Below are positions 28,123-36,328 of a stretch of DNA of 64,000 bases, piece by piece. Made by a program: the position numbers and the translations under genes. The DNA is from a virus (taxonomy: Duplodnaviria > Caudoviricetes). The DNA lies in IMG/VR virus record IMGVR_UViG_3300021958_000023, positions 32,001 to 96,000 of that record; one strand, written 5' to 3'. A model generated the notes under the pieces. It was not told the origin of the DNA. It made no database searches and saw nothing but the letters and a program-made list of their open reading frames with translations. Position 1 is the first letter of the stretch, and each line of letters starts with the position of its first letter.

Positions 28123-28799
28123 CCTTTATTTTTTTGCATTTTATGAAATTGTAGTATTCGACTTCTTAAATCAGAAAAGTGATGAACAGCACTAGCTTCA
28201 AATATTTGGGGTTCTCCATTTTCTACTGTAATCACAATAGCTAAATGACGAATATCTGTTCCATACATTTCATTATGAGCAAAAGCATATGCTGTGCCTT
28301 GTAAAAAATAGTCTTTAATTTGTTTCACATATTTCTTGCGGCGCGAAGTTTTAAAATCAATAATAGCAGGTTTACCTTTCCAAATACCTATCATATCAGA
28401 ACGTCCTGCATATTTTAATTTCTTACTCCAAAGAACTGCTTCTTGTCCCCAAATTTCTTCTATACCAGTTGAAACAGCTTTTATGAGATTGCGGGTCATC
28501 TGAGCTGTTACAAGTTCTTGTTTAGCAAGCTCCTCTGTAACATCTTCCCCATTAAAATAGTGTTCAGCTATCTCGTGAACAATAGTACCACGATCAGTTG
28601 CTTCCTTTGATACTCTACGAGCCTCTTCTTCTCCTACTTTATCTATCCAAGCCTGTAACCAGGTTTTATCAGCTGTTTTGCCTAATAGTGTAGTTATGCT
28701 AGCATAGTCTCCGTCTGGGGTAAAATAAGTTCTACCTGTTTCAAGAGTTTCTGCTTTAATAGTAGTTTTATAGTCGTATTTATTTAAATTTTCTAACAT
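28119..28799 (-). CDS. PD-(D/E)xK exonuclease
   Basis: SITTLL, RGTIVH, YAGRSD, IIDFKTS, YFLQGTAYA. Confidence 0.88.
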   Translation of the reverse strand: MLENLNKYDYKTTIKAETLETGRTYFTPDGDYASITTLLGKTADKTWLQAWIDKVGEEEARRVSKEATDRGTIVHEIAEHYFNGEDVTEELAKQELVTAQMTRNLIKAVSTGIEEIWGQEAVLWSKKLKYAGRSDMIGIWKGKPAIIDFKTSRRKKYVKQIKDYFLQGTAYAFAHNEMYGTDIRHLAIVITVENGEPQIFEASAVHHFSDLRSRILQFHKMQKNKG

Positions 28800-28805
28800 A
28801 GTTTA

Positions 28806-28834
28806 ATTATATATTAATTTAGTTTTTTTGGCAA
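28806..28834 (-). promoter_or_regulatory. Sigma70-type promoter
   Basis: TTGCCA-17 nt-TATAAT on the minus strand, just upstream of the exonuclease ATG. Confidence 0.65.
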
Positions 28835-28843
28835 GCAATTTAT

Positions 28844-28872
28844 GAAAGAAAGGGCGCCTTTATAGACGCCCC
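28844..28872 (-). terminator. Intrinsic terminator
   Basis: GGGCGTCT-ATAA-AGGCGCCC followed by TTTCTTT on the minus strand. Confidence 0.7.
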
Positions 28873-28909
28873 GATAATTGTTCATTTTCTTCTTCAGTGT
28901 ATGGCCACA

Positions 28910-29080
28910 TTATTTTTCTTCTCCACACATTAAGTATTTTGCTTCTTCATAGTATCCCATTTGTGCTAATGCACTTGCTGCTCTTGCACGACCGATACTC
29001 TCTGTAATACTCATTAGTTTATTTCCAAACGAAACTACTGCTTCGCAAAATACACAATATGTTGCTGTAATTGTTGTCAT
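28910..29080 (-). CDS. Small hypothetical protein (56 aa)
   Basis: Not in track. MTTITATYCVFCEAVVSFGNKLMSITESIGRARAASALAQMGYYEEAKYLMCGEEK*; AAGGA RBS. Confidence 0.65.
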   Translation of the reverse strand: MTTITATYCVFCEAVVSFGNKLMSITESIGRARAASALAQMGYYEEAKYLMCGEEK

Positions 29081-29208
29081 AGCCAAATTCCTTTTCTCTG
29101 AAGTTCTTTCATTCTATTTTCTAGATCTACATGATCTGTTGCTTTTGCTAGATATTTTGTTGCAGGATCAATCCAAAGATTGTTCCACCATTTTTTAATA
29201 TTTTTCAT
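29077..29208 (-). CDS. DUF3563-like small protein (43 aa)
   Basis: Not in track. ...DPATKYLAKATDHVDLENRMKELQRKG resembles the YLA.S.D..DLE.R..EL pattern. Confidence 0.6.
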   Translation of the reverse strand: MKNIKKWWNNLWIDPATKYLAKATDHVDLENRMKELQRKGIWL

Positions 29209-29360
29209 TAAAAATTAACTCCTCTTATAGGCGGTTTTCCTTGTTTTAACATAAACTGATACGCCCACTCCCAGTCTTTGCCATATTCTACTTGAGCCCA
29301 ACGCTCAATACTGTTTTCATAATTAGGTCTAATAAACATTCTTTCAAATAATTTTTTCAT
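29208..29360 (-). CDS. Small hypothetical protein (50 aa)
   Basis: MKKLFERMF...IERWAQVEYGKDWEWAY; start at 29360 after TGAGG. Confidence 0.7.
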   Translation of the reverse strand: MKKLFERMFIRPNYENSIERWAQVEYGKDWEWAYQFMLKQGKPPIRGVNF

Positions 29361-29510
29361 TTTTGCCTCACAAATAAAATGCACACACGCAAAAAGGCTC
29401 TGCGACAAATTGTCACAGTGCCTAACTTAGTTTATAGATTTGCTTGAGGAAAGCAATACCCTGTGTCTATCCACAGCGCCACCGCTTTTGAGGCATGGGT
29501 TATGCCGAGA
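29361..29510 (-). ncRNA. Candidate structured cis-regulatory leader (riboswitch/attenuator-like)
   Basis: GC-rich non-coding stretch with four hairpins, a terminator-like hairpin plus U5, and a 7-nt anti-RBS (TGCCTCA vs TGAGGCA). Confidence 0.55.
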
Positions 29511-29515
29511 ATGAA

Positions 29516-29764
29516 TTAGTCAAATAAATGAACTAATTCTAATACCGCTTGATTTTTTTCTTCAAGTTCTTCTTTATTTCTTTTATGAATTGCTGAAGCT
29601 GCTGCTCTTACAACAGACGGAGCCAATCCATAATCAGCTTTGAGTTTTTTAACAATCTCATTGACTGTTTCTCTTGCTGCTTCGATTTCGTACATTACAT
29701 CAACAATAGAGTTGATAGCTGCTTTTACTTCTTCTTTATCAATTTGTACTATTGATTCTGACAT
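29516..29764 (-). CDS. T4 DsbA-like dsDNA-binding protein
   Basis: AINSIVDVMYEIEAARETVNEIVKKLKADYGL...RAAASAIHK helical pattern. Confidence 0.65.
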   Translation of the reverse strand: MSESIVQIDKEEVKAAINSIVDVMYEIEAARETVNEIVKKLKADYGLAPSVVRAAASAIHKRNKEELEEKNQAVLELVHLFD

Positions 29765-30191
29765 CGGTTCCCCCTACTACTTTAAATCCTTGTCTTACTA
29801 TTTCTGGTTTTCTTCTAATGATTCTTTCTTCTTCTAAATCTTGCATTATCAATTCAAATAAGTCTTCTACAGATTCTTTTGTGTGATAAACAGTATTATT
29901 AGAAGAAACGCGCTTAAGCTCTGCTAAAGGTTCTAATGATCCTTGTAGTGCTTTTTTCAATACTGTATTTGCTACAATTAAGTTTGCTGAACCGATATAC
30001 TTAAGATCATAATCATCTTCTTCTATTTCTAACTCTTCTTGGTCTTCTTCTTCATAAATAGATAAGTCTCTATTATTAACTAGTTCCCAAGTATCTGCTT
30101 GAAATAATACCCCACTATCATCATCATACAAATCTGCTGGTAAATCTTCTAATATTTCAACAATCTTCTTTTTTAAATCATCATAGTTCAT
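29739..30191 (-). CDS. Acidic hypothetical protein
   Basis: Coupled ORF, Glu/Asp-rich. Confidence 0.7.
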   Translation of the reverse strand: MNYDDLKKKIVEILEDLPADLYDDDSGVLFQADTWELVNNRDLSIYEEEDQEELEIEEDDYDLKYIGSANLIVANTVLKKALQGSLEPLAELKRVSSNNTVYHTKESVEDLFELIMQDLEEERIIRRKPEIVRQGFKVVGGTDVRINSTN

Positions 30192-31048
30192 TTCTGTACT
30201 TCAGGGGAGTAATAAGTAGTTCTACCGTCATCAAGTTTTATTTTAGCAACAGGGTTACCGTATATATCTGTCTTACGACCGTAGATCATAACCCTATTAT
30301 CCCATCTTGCTTCTAACATTTCTTTGGGGTTAGAAGGAAATCTGGTATACTTACCGTGATTATTATACAGATCACTATAATTTCGTATAGTAGATCCTCC
30401 TGATTCATAACTACTTTTTAGTACTTTTTTCACTGCTTCATACAGTTTCATTAGTTCATCGTCTGAACAAGATTCAATAGTTCTTCTTGGATCTATTCCT
30501 GCTAAAAACAGTGCTTCGCTTTTATAGATATTTCCAACACCAGAAATATTTTTCTGATTCATTAAGAATTTTACCATAGAATTTTTATTCCGTCTACGAG
30601 AAATTTCTAACCATTCTGAAGATTGGCATGGATCATTTAGCATATCTGGGCCTATTTCAGAAAGTTTTTTCTGCAAAGCTAACTCTGCATTATCACGAGT
30701 GAAAAACTTTAATGTTCCAAAATTTCTCATATCTGAATAGAAAATTTCTGATCCATCACTGAAGCAAAATTTTACACGAGCATACTTATTATCTTCTGTC
30801 TTAAAAGTGCCTGACATTCCAAGAGTAATAAAGATTGTATCACTATGATCTGTCATCAAATAAATGAACTTGCCTTTATTATTTACTCCAGCTACCGTTT
30901 GTGGTAGTATATCTAAAAAAGCATTATAACCATCTGGCGCTTTTTTAGTATATCTTCCTGTAAGCAGTTCAATATTAGTAAGTTCTTTATTGGCACAAAA
31001 AGAGTGTAGTTGTTTTGCTACAATAGTACATTCTGGTCCTTCAGGCAT
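30188..31048 (-). CDS. mutM: Fpg/Nei DNA glycosylase without zinc finger
   Basis: N-terminal MPEGPE, KGKFIY, LGMSG, D.RNFG, H2TH NQKNISGVGNIYKSEALF; C-terminal GRTTYY without Cys ligands. Confidence 0.92.
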   Translation of the reverse strand: MPEGPECTIVAKQLHSFCANKELTNIELLTGRYTKKAPDGYNAFLDILPQTVAGVNNKGKFIYLMTDHSDTIFITLGMSGTFKTEDNKYARVKFCFSDGSEIFYSDMRNFGTLKFFTRDNAELALQKKLSEIGPDMLNDPCQSSEWLEISRRRNKNSMVKFLMNQKNISGVGNIYKSEALFLAGIDPRRTIESCSDDELMKLYEAVKKVLKSSYESGGSTIRNYSDLYNNHGKYTRFPSNPKEMLEARWDNRVMIYGRKTDIYGNPVAKIKLDDGRTTYYSPEVQK

Positions 31049-31313
31049 TATCAATTCTCTTTAAAAGTTCATAATAAGACTTAGTTAATTCAGCATTGTC
31101 TAGTTTTAGAGCCTCAATTTGAGACTCTAATTCTCCAATTTTTGCTCGTAGATAAGGATTCTCATAGTCTAATTTATGTTTCTTATCTAGTTTTTGAGCT
31201 TCAATTTCTGCTGATTCTTCTCTTAATCTTCTTTGCATATAATTATGATAAGACTCTCTTTGGTTTTCTGACATTTTCAACAATCCAATCTCTATAACCT
31301 GGGCTATTTTCAA
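31041..31313 (-). CDS. Coiled-coil hypothetical protein
   Basis: ESYHNYMQRRLREE motif. Likely start is MSENQ. Confidence 0.65.
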   Translation of the reverse strand: MKIAQVIEIGLLKMSENQRESYHNYMQRRLREESAEIEAQKLDKKHKLDYENPYLRAKIGELESQIEALKLDNAELTKSYYELLKRIDNA

Positions 31314-31605
31314 GAAAATAAATTTCTTTTTTAACTTCTACAATCGAGTTAGCAAATATTACATTTAGGAAAAACTGATGCCACGGATTTTTAAAATTAA
31401 AAACATTAGATAGTTTTTCATCACTAAAGGTAGAATAAAATTTATTATTCTGTGCAGGATGGGTATAAAACCATTTTTTATCTTGAAGTTTAGTTAACAA
31501 GATACTAATAGAATTAACAACGGCTTCTAATTTTTCTTCTTCTGTTGCTTTATAGTTAACAATCTTATTAACTCTTCTCAAAGCAAACTCATATGGGTTT
31601 AACAT
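31243..31605 (-). CDS. Hypothetical protein
   Basis: ORF with GGAG RBS. Confidence 0.65.
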   Translation of the reverse strand: MLNPYEFALRRVNKIVNYKATEEEKLEAVVNSISILLTKLQDKKWFYTHPAQNNKFYSTFSDEKLSNVFNFKNPWHQFFLNVIFANSIVEVKKEIYFLENSPGYRDWIVENVRKPKRVLS

Positions 31606-31620
31606 TTTTTCTCCTTGTTA

Positions 31621-31905
31621 TTAGATATGAACAATATAAACTGCACGGTCTGGAGCGTGTGCTCCCCACAGTACTTTCTTATCATAATACACTTTCTTTT
31701 CTACTGAGTCAAGAAATGTATTAATTTGGTCAACTACTTTGTTATATCTATTTGCTTGCATTTCATTTACTACTTCATACCGAGCTTCTTCTAACCAGTT
31801 TAGTGCTTCTTTTGGGTTCCATTTAGCTAAATAATATACATTAGTTAGAATAGCATCAAGTGAATAATAACCTTTAAATACTCCAAATCCTGATGATTTT
31901 GCCAT
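31621..31905 (-). CDS. Hypothetical protein
   Basis: ORF with AGGA RBS. Confidence 0.7.
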   Translation of the reverse strand: MAKSSGFGVFKGYYSLDAILTNVYYLAKWNPKEALNWLEEARYEVVNEMQANRYNKVVDQINTFLDSVEKKVYYDKKVLWGAHAPDRAVYIVHI

Positions 31906-31913
31906 TTATTTTC

Positions 31914-32105
31914 CTATGAGTTTTGAATTAGTGGTAATTGAATATTAATTAAATCTTCGTAACAATTAATAATAAATCTAGCGTATGCAATATCTCCTAA
32001 TGTTTCTCTGATTGACTCTGCTTCTATAAACAAATCTGTTGCTTGAGTTACACCTCGATTTTCCATTGCTAAAAAGTAAGACTTAGCTTCTGAATACTTT
32101 GTCAT
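31914..32105 (-). CDS. Hypothetical protein
   Basis: First ORF after the leftward promoter. Confidence 0.6.
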   Translation of the reverse strand: MTKYSEAKSYFLAMENRGVTQATDLFIEAESIRETLGDIAYARFIINCYEDLINIQLPLIQNS

Positions 32106-32116
32106 TTTATAATCCT

Positions 32117-32213
32117 ATTATATTATAATAACAACCTCTAAGCAAATAAAAATAAGCATTTTAAGGTTGTTATTAAGAAAGTTATTGACATATTTTTTTA
32201 TGTGATATATAAT
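32117..32213. promoter_or_regulatory. Divergent sigma70 promoter pair at the strand switch
   Basis: Plus strand: TTGACA (32185-90)-17-TATAAT (32208-13), a perfect consensus. Minus strand: TTGCTT (32145-40)-17-TATAAT (32122-17). 12-bp inverted repeat at 32126-37/32164-75. Confidence 0.85.
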
Positions 32214-32292
32214 GAATTTACTAGTTGGGTAAAAAACGCAGTTAGTAAACTCATTAAATATATAATAACAAAAACTTATCTTATAGGCAAGA

Positions 32293-32550
32293 TTGAATAT
32301 GATTTATAAACTAGTTGGATTCTATAAAAATTCACATAATCTAGACTACATAGAGCAGCTTTTTACTGAAATTAAAAAGCGTCATTCCTCTATTACACAG
32401 TCAGAGATATATAACTATCAGTCTTCTAAAGTTGCTGAGTTAAATATTACAAATTTTCCTTGCATACTCCTATATAAAAATGATACTCTACATAGAAAGT
32501 TGGAGTCTAAACTAACAATAAAAGAATCATTAGAAAAATTGAGATTATAA
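32293..32550 (+). CDS. Thioredoxin-fold-like protein lacking CxxC
   Basis: VAELNITNFPCILLYKND resembles the cis-Pro region of the Trx fold. Confidence 0.55.
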   Translation: MNMIYKLVGFYKNSHNLDYIEQLFTEIKKRHSSITQSEIYNYQSSKVAELNITNFPCILLYKNDTLHRKLESKLTIKESLEKLRL

Positions 32551-32741
32551 TGTATGTAAAAGTAAGAAATAATGATGTTGGAAAAGCTTATAAAATATTA
32601 AGTAGAAAATTAAATAACGAAGGTATTTTTAAGAAACTAAAAGAAAAAAGATTTCATATCACTAAAGGTGAAAAGAAAAGACTAAAACATAAAGAAGCTG
32701 TTGCTAGGTTGCGTAAATTAGAGCGTAAACAAGAAGATTAG
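32550..32741 (+). CDS. rpsU: Ribosomal protein bS21
   Basis: VKVRNNDVGKAYKILSRKL..EGIFKKLKEKRFH.TKGEKKRLKHKEA.AR; 63 aa, basic. Confidence 0.85.
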   Translation: MYVKVRNNDVGKAYKILSRKLNNEGIFKKLKEKRFHITKGEKKRLKHKEAVARLRKLERKQED

Positions 32742-32745
32742 TCTT

Positions 32746-33168
32746 GTGTCAGATGATTTAAAAATATCTATACATAAAGACTATGTTTTAGTAGAAACAG
32801 AAATACTAGACTTAAAAGAAATTAGAGAACAGATGAAAGAACAACAAGAAGAACATATTAATCTAATTGATGAAAAAAATGTAATTCATGATAAGGCTAA
32901 TAATGTCATAGAGTATATGATTAAATTTACTAATCTAGATACAGAAGAAGAAGGGTTTTTAGTAGAAGATGTAGGCATCGGCACAGTTATAACTCAGAAA
33001 TGGTCGGATTTAGACGAAGTTACAGAAAGATGGAAATTTATTCAAAAAACTGTTCCTAAGAATGTAAAAGTTGAAATTATAGCAGAAGAAACTATTGAGC
33101 TAAGAATTAAAAATGTAGAATTAGATGAAGCTCCTCCTTTAATGGAAATAGAGTCTTCTGAAGACTAA
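32746..33168 (+). CDS. Acidic hypothetical protein
   Basis: 140-aa ORF between rpsU and the tmRNA. Confidence 0.65.
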   Translation: MSDDLKISIHKDYVLVETEILDLKEIREQMKEQQEEHINLIDEKNVIHDKANNVIEYMIKFTNLDTEEEGFLVEDVGIGTVITQKWSDLDEVTERWKFIQKTVPKNVKVEIIAEETIELRIKNVELDEAPPLMEIESSED

Positions 33169-33500
33169 TTGCTTCGTTTGAGAAGAGGTAGAATAGACGG
33201 ACTGGACGCGGGGGCAGTACCCGCCGCCTCCACCATAACTACACCGGCGTTGTGGCCGGCATAAGACTATTAAAGAAGACCGATAAGGGTGCTGGGTAGC
33301 ATCATTAAAGACCGGTGTAGTTATGATGGGGGCGAAATAGGATCGACAGACGTAGTAAAAACTAAATCGAGAAGCAGGTGCGCAAGCGACCTTAACCGCA
33401 AGAAAACAAACAATTGCAAATGATAATTTCGCAATCGAGGATTACCGCCTAGCGGCATAATCTCACGGGGTATGGTTCCACCTAGCAACAGAACGGACCG
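33169..33500 (+). ncRNA. ssrA: Circularly permuted two-piece tmRNA (alphaproteobacterial type)
   Basis: Acceptor piece ends GCGGGGGCAGTACCCGCCGCCTCCACCA (33235). The intervening segment is closed by the inverted repeat CATAACTACACCGG/CCGGTGTAGTTATG. The coding piece starts GGGGGCGAAATAGGATCGAC (33328). Tag at 33416-33460 is ANDNFAIEDYRLAA*. Outer ends are approximate. Confidence 0.93.
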
Positions 33501-33549
33501 CTCTCCCCAAAGTTAACTTATTCGTCCAACAAAAGTTGGGCGTATTTTT

Positions 33550-33918
33550 ATGAAAGGTATAACAATGAAAAAATATTTAATTTCAGGCTTTGCACTTAGC
33601 CTAGTTTCAAGTGCTGCATTAGCTGAAGGAATGGGCTTGCCTGAAGTAGTGTTTCCAGAAGTTGAAGTAACTGTTGGTGCAGAAAGAGAACTAGAAGCAG
33701 AAGTTAATTCAGTTTATTCTTCTGTTGCTATCGGATCTCTTAGAGTAGGCACTACTTTTGCAGATACTGCAGCCGATCAAGGCGCTTTTAGTGTTAGTAA
33801 ATATGAATTTGATGTAGAACAATCATTAGGTCCTAACGTGGTTCTTTATGTAGAAAATGATTTTAATAATGAGTTTAAACATACAGAAACCGTTGTAGGC
33901 GGCAAAATTAAATTTTAA
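33550..33918 (+). CDS. Small outer-membrane beta-barrel-like protein
   Basis: Sec signal peptide (MKKYLISGFALSLVSSAALA), amphipathic strands, C-terminal VGGKIKF ending in Phe. Confidence 0.7.
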   Translation: MKGITMKKYLISGFALSLVSSAALAEGMGLPEVVFPEVEVTVGAERELEAEVNSVYSSVAIGSLRVGTTFADTAADQGAFSVSKYEFDVEQSLGPNVVLYVENDFNNEFKHTETVVGGKIKF

Positions 33919-33940
33919 TTTGTTAATAATCAAAGCAGAT

Positions 33941-33968
33941 AAAAGGGAGGTTTAACCTCCCTTTTTTT
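33941..33968 (+). terminator. Intrinsic (possibly bidirectional) terminator
   Basis: AAAAGGGAGG-TTTAA-CCTCCCTTTTTTT. Confidence 0.85.
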
Positions 33969-33999
33969 AATTTCTATAGTTTACCCACCAAACTAGCAC

Positions 34000-34027
34000 T
34001 TGAAAATTTTTTAGAAACGTGTATAAT
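34000..34027 (+). promoter_or_regulatory. Sigma70-type promoter for the glycosylation island
   Basis: TTGAAA-16-TATAAT. Confidence 0.6.
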
Positions 34028-34049
34028 ACTATTATATATGGAGTAATAA

Positions 34050-34793
34050 ATGATAGAACAAAAAGCAACAAAAGACTATGCAGAAACTAATATAGAATAT
34101 ATTAAACAATTAAACTCTGTATTTAATTCTGGATGGGAAAAAGAAACAGAAGAATTTAATCAAATCTGGGATGAATGGTTTTTAGAACAGTCTATTGAAG
34201 CACACGCAGATTATGGCGGGCAATGGGCAGGATCTGGTACACTAGATTATACAGAAGCTAGAGTAATATATACTTTGCTTAAAAAAATAAAACCTACAAA
34301 GGTTTTAGAAATAGGAGTAGCACAAGGAGTAAGCGGTAGTTTAATTAGAGAAGCTTTACCCAATACTACCCAATTTGACGGAATAGATATTAAAGTTCCT
34401 CACAGAATATGTTCTCGTTATAAAAATTATTTAGAAAACGATTCTATTTCTTTTTATAAAGGCGATGCAATAGAGTTTATAAAAGAGTCTGAAGAAAATT
34501 ATGATTTAATTTTTGTAGATGCTGATCACCGAGAACCTTTTTGTACTGCTTTAGCAAAAGAAATTAAACAAAAATATCCAAAAACTACTATTATATATCA
34601 TGAATGGTCTTTTTCTGTAAACGCAGATGACGAAGAATTAAAATATGTTTCTAGAAAAGAATGGATTAAACAGTTTTATGAAAGAAAAGCTTTCGAAGAT
34701 GAGTATTCAGAAAAAGAATATAAACACATAGGGTTTTATGGTAGCTGTGGAGTAGGAGTAGTAATTCATGAAAATTTATTTTCGTTGTTGTGA
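34050..34793 (+). CDS. Class I SAM-dependent methyltransferase (Methyltransf_24-like)
   Basis: VLEIGVAQGVS, GDAIEFI, YDLIFVDADH. Confidence 0.85.
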   Translation: MIEQKATKDYAETNIEYIKQLNSVFNSGWEKETEEFNQIWDEWFLEQSIEAHADYGGQWAGSGTLDYTEARVIYTLLKKIKPTKVLEIGVAQGVSGSLIREALPNTTQFDGIDIKVPHRICSRYKNYLENDSISFYKGDAIEFIKESEENYDLIFVDADHREPFCTALAKEIKQKYPKTTIIYHEWSFSVNADDEELKYVSRKEWIKQFYERKAFEDEYSEKEYKHIGFYGSCGVGVVIHENLFSLL

Positions 34794-35469
34794 AAAACAA
34801 CAAAGTGTTAGTGGGGTTCAAAGATGGTCAGAGATTCCCAAAAACGTAATGATTAAAAAATGTTGGAAATCTATATATGACGGTATAGATGCAAATGATG
34901 AAGTTTTTATACTTCATGATGAAGTATCAGAAGATACACTGAGTTTTATTGAAAAGTACTCATATGACAACACAACTTTTTTAGAAGTACCAAAGCATGA
35001 AATACAAGATAGACTTCACACTTTTAAAATGTTAGAGTTTCTAAAAACCCAACTACAATCTAGTAATCCTGATGATATACACTACATTGTTGAAGATGAT
35101 TACCTTCACACACCAGACGCAATTTCGTCTATGAAAGAAATATTTAAAAAATGGGAACATTTTGTAACTACATATGATTATCCAGATAGATATACAATGG
35201 ATAGAAATCCTTGTTATCTTATGGTAGGGTCTGATAGACATTGGAGAACAAATCCTTCAGGCACTTATACTTTTGCAGCTAAAACAAAAACATGGCTTGA
35301 CTCATGGGATATTATTATGGAACACGCTCCTCATAATCCTACTATAAAAATGTTTGAAAAACACTCATGTATTTCCCCTGTACCAGGAACTTCCTCTCAC
35401 CTAACTCCACACCACATGAGTCCTATTGTAGATTGGGATTCTTTATGGAATAGTGTTGATGCATATTAA
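34768..35469 (+). CDS. GT-A fold glycosyltransferase
   Basis: YIVEDDYLH DxD-like motif. Confidence 0.7.
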   Translation: MKIYFRCCEKQQSVSGVQRWSEIPKNVMIKKCWKSIYDGIDANDEVFILHDEVSEDTLSFIEKYSYDNTTFLEVPKHEIQDRLHTFKMLEFLKTQLQSSNPDDIHYIVEDDYLHTPDAISSMKEIFKKWEHFVTTYDYPDRYTMDRNPCYLMVGSDRHWRTNPSGTYTFAAKTKTWLDSWDIIMEHAPHNPTIKMFEKHSCISPVPGTSSHLTPHHMSPIVDWDSLWNSVDAY

Positions 35470-36328
35470 TTATGAAGAAGTTAGAGCAAACGCTAAACAA
35501 GCTGATCATGTTCTGTATGGTCCTTGGGTAGGAGAGTTTGGATGGGAGTTATTTAGCTGTCAGGGTTATTTAAGAAAATTAAAAGAAGATAACCCTCATC
35601 TAAAATCATTTCACATAATTAGCAGAACGGGTAGAAGTTTTTTATACCAGGATTTCTGCGATTCATATATTGAATATGATTGTCCAGGTAAAAATACAAC
35701 AGGAGCACTTTGTATAGATTACCGCTATGATAATTTTCATAAAAAAGTTATAAACAAATTAAATCTAAAAAACTGTTTATGGATTCCAACTCAGACTTTT
35801 TTAGTAGATTATCACGCAGATGGAGAAGGTAGGGAACCTCGCTTATCAGATTTTTTAAATCATCAAAAATTTATTAAGTATACTAGTAACTCTATTTTAA
35901 ACTCTCCTTATGATATTCTAATACACGCTAGAGAAAGTTTTCATCACGACACAGGAAGTAAAAACTGGTCAAAAGATAAGTGGGACAAAGTTACAGAATA
36001 TCTTTCAAATAAAGGTTATAGATTAGCCGCTACTGGAAGTAAAACAGGAGCTTATGCGCCTAAACATTGTGACGATATAAGAGGAATTGATTTATCTGAA
36101 GATATCTCATATTTAAATCAGTGTAAATTTTTAATTTCAACCTGTAGCGGTCCTGCTCATTTAGCCTCTCTTTGCAATACTCCCTTAGTTGTTATAACAA
36201 ATGAAAATAACATAAACAGGTATAAAACAGACTGGAACCCTTTTAATACGCCTAGAGAGATAGTGTACGAAGAAGGATGGAATCCAAGTGTTGATTTAGT
36301 GATAAGTAAAATTGAGAAAATGCTATGA
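35453..36328 (+). CDS. GT9 (heptosyltransferase-like) glycosyltransferase
   Basis: GEFGWE, KNWSKDKW, CSGPAHLASLCNTP. Confidence 0.75.
   Translation: MLMHINYEEVRANAKQADHVLYGPWVGEFGWELFSCQGYLRKLKEDNPHLKSFHIISRTGRSFLYQDFCDSYIEYDCPGKNTTGALCIDYRYDNFHKKVINKLNLKNCLWIPTQTFLVDYHADGEGREPRLSDFLNHQKFIKYTSNSILNSPYDILIHARESFHHDTGSKNWSKDKWDKVTEYLSNKGYRLAATGSKTGAYAPKHCDDIRGIDLSEDISYLNQCKFLISTCSGPAHLASLCNTPLVVITNENNINRYKTDWNPFNTPREIVYEEGWNPSVDLVISKIEKML

Noticed and set aside
28119-28799. Cas4-like nuclease suggesting CRISPR-Cas
   Set aside because: A common phage PD-(D/E)xK exonuclease without Fe-S Cys; no repeat-spacer array or other cas gene is seen in the window.
33236-33327. Possible intron, MITE or prophage att site at the tRNA-like CCA end
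   Set aside because: It is the normal intervening segment of a permuted tmRNA; no integrase or duplicated att is nearby.
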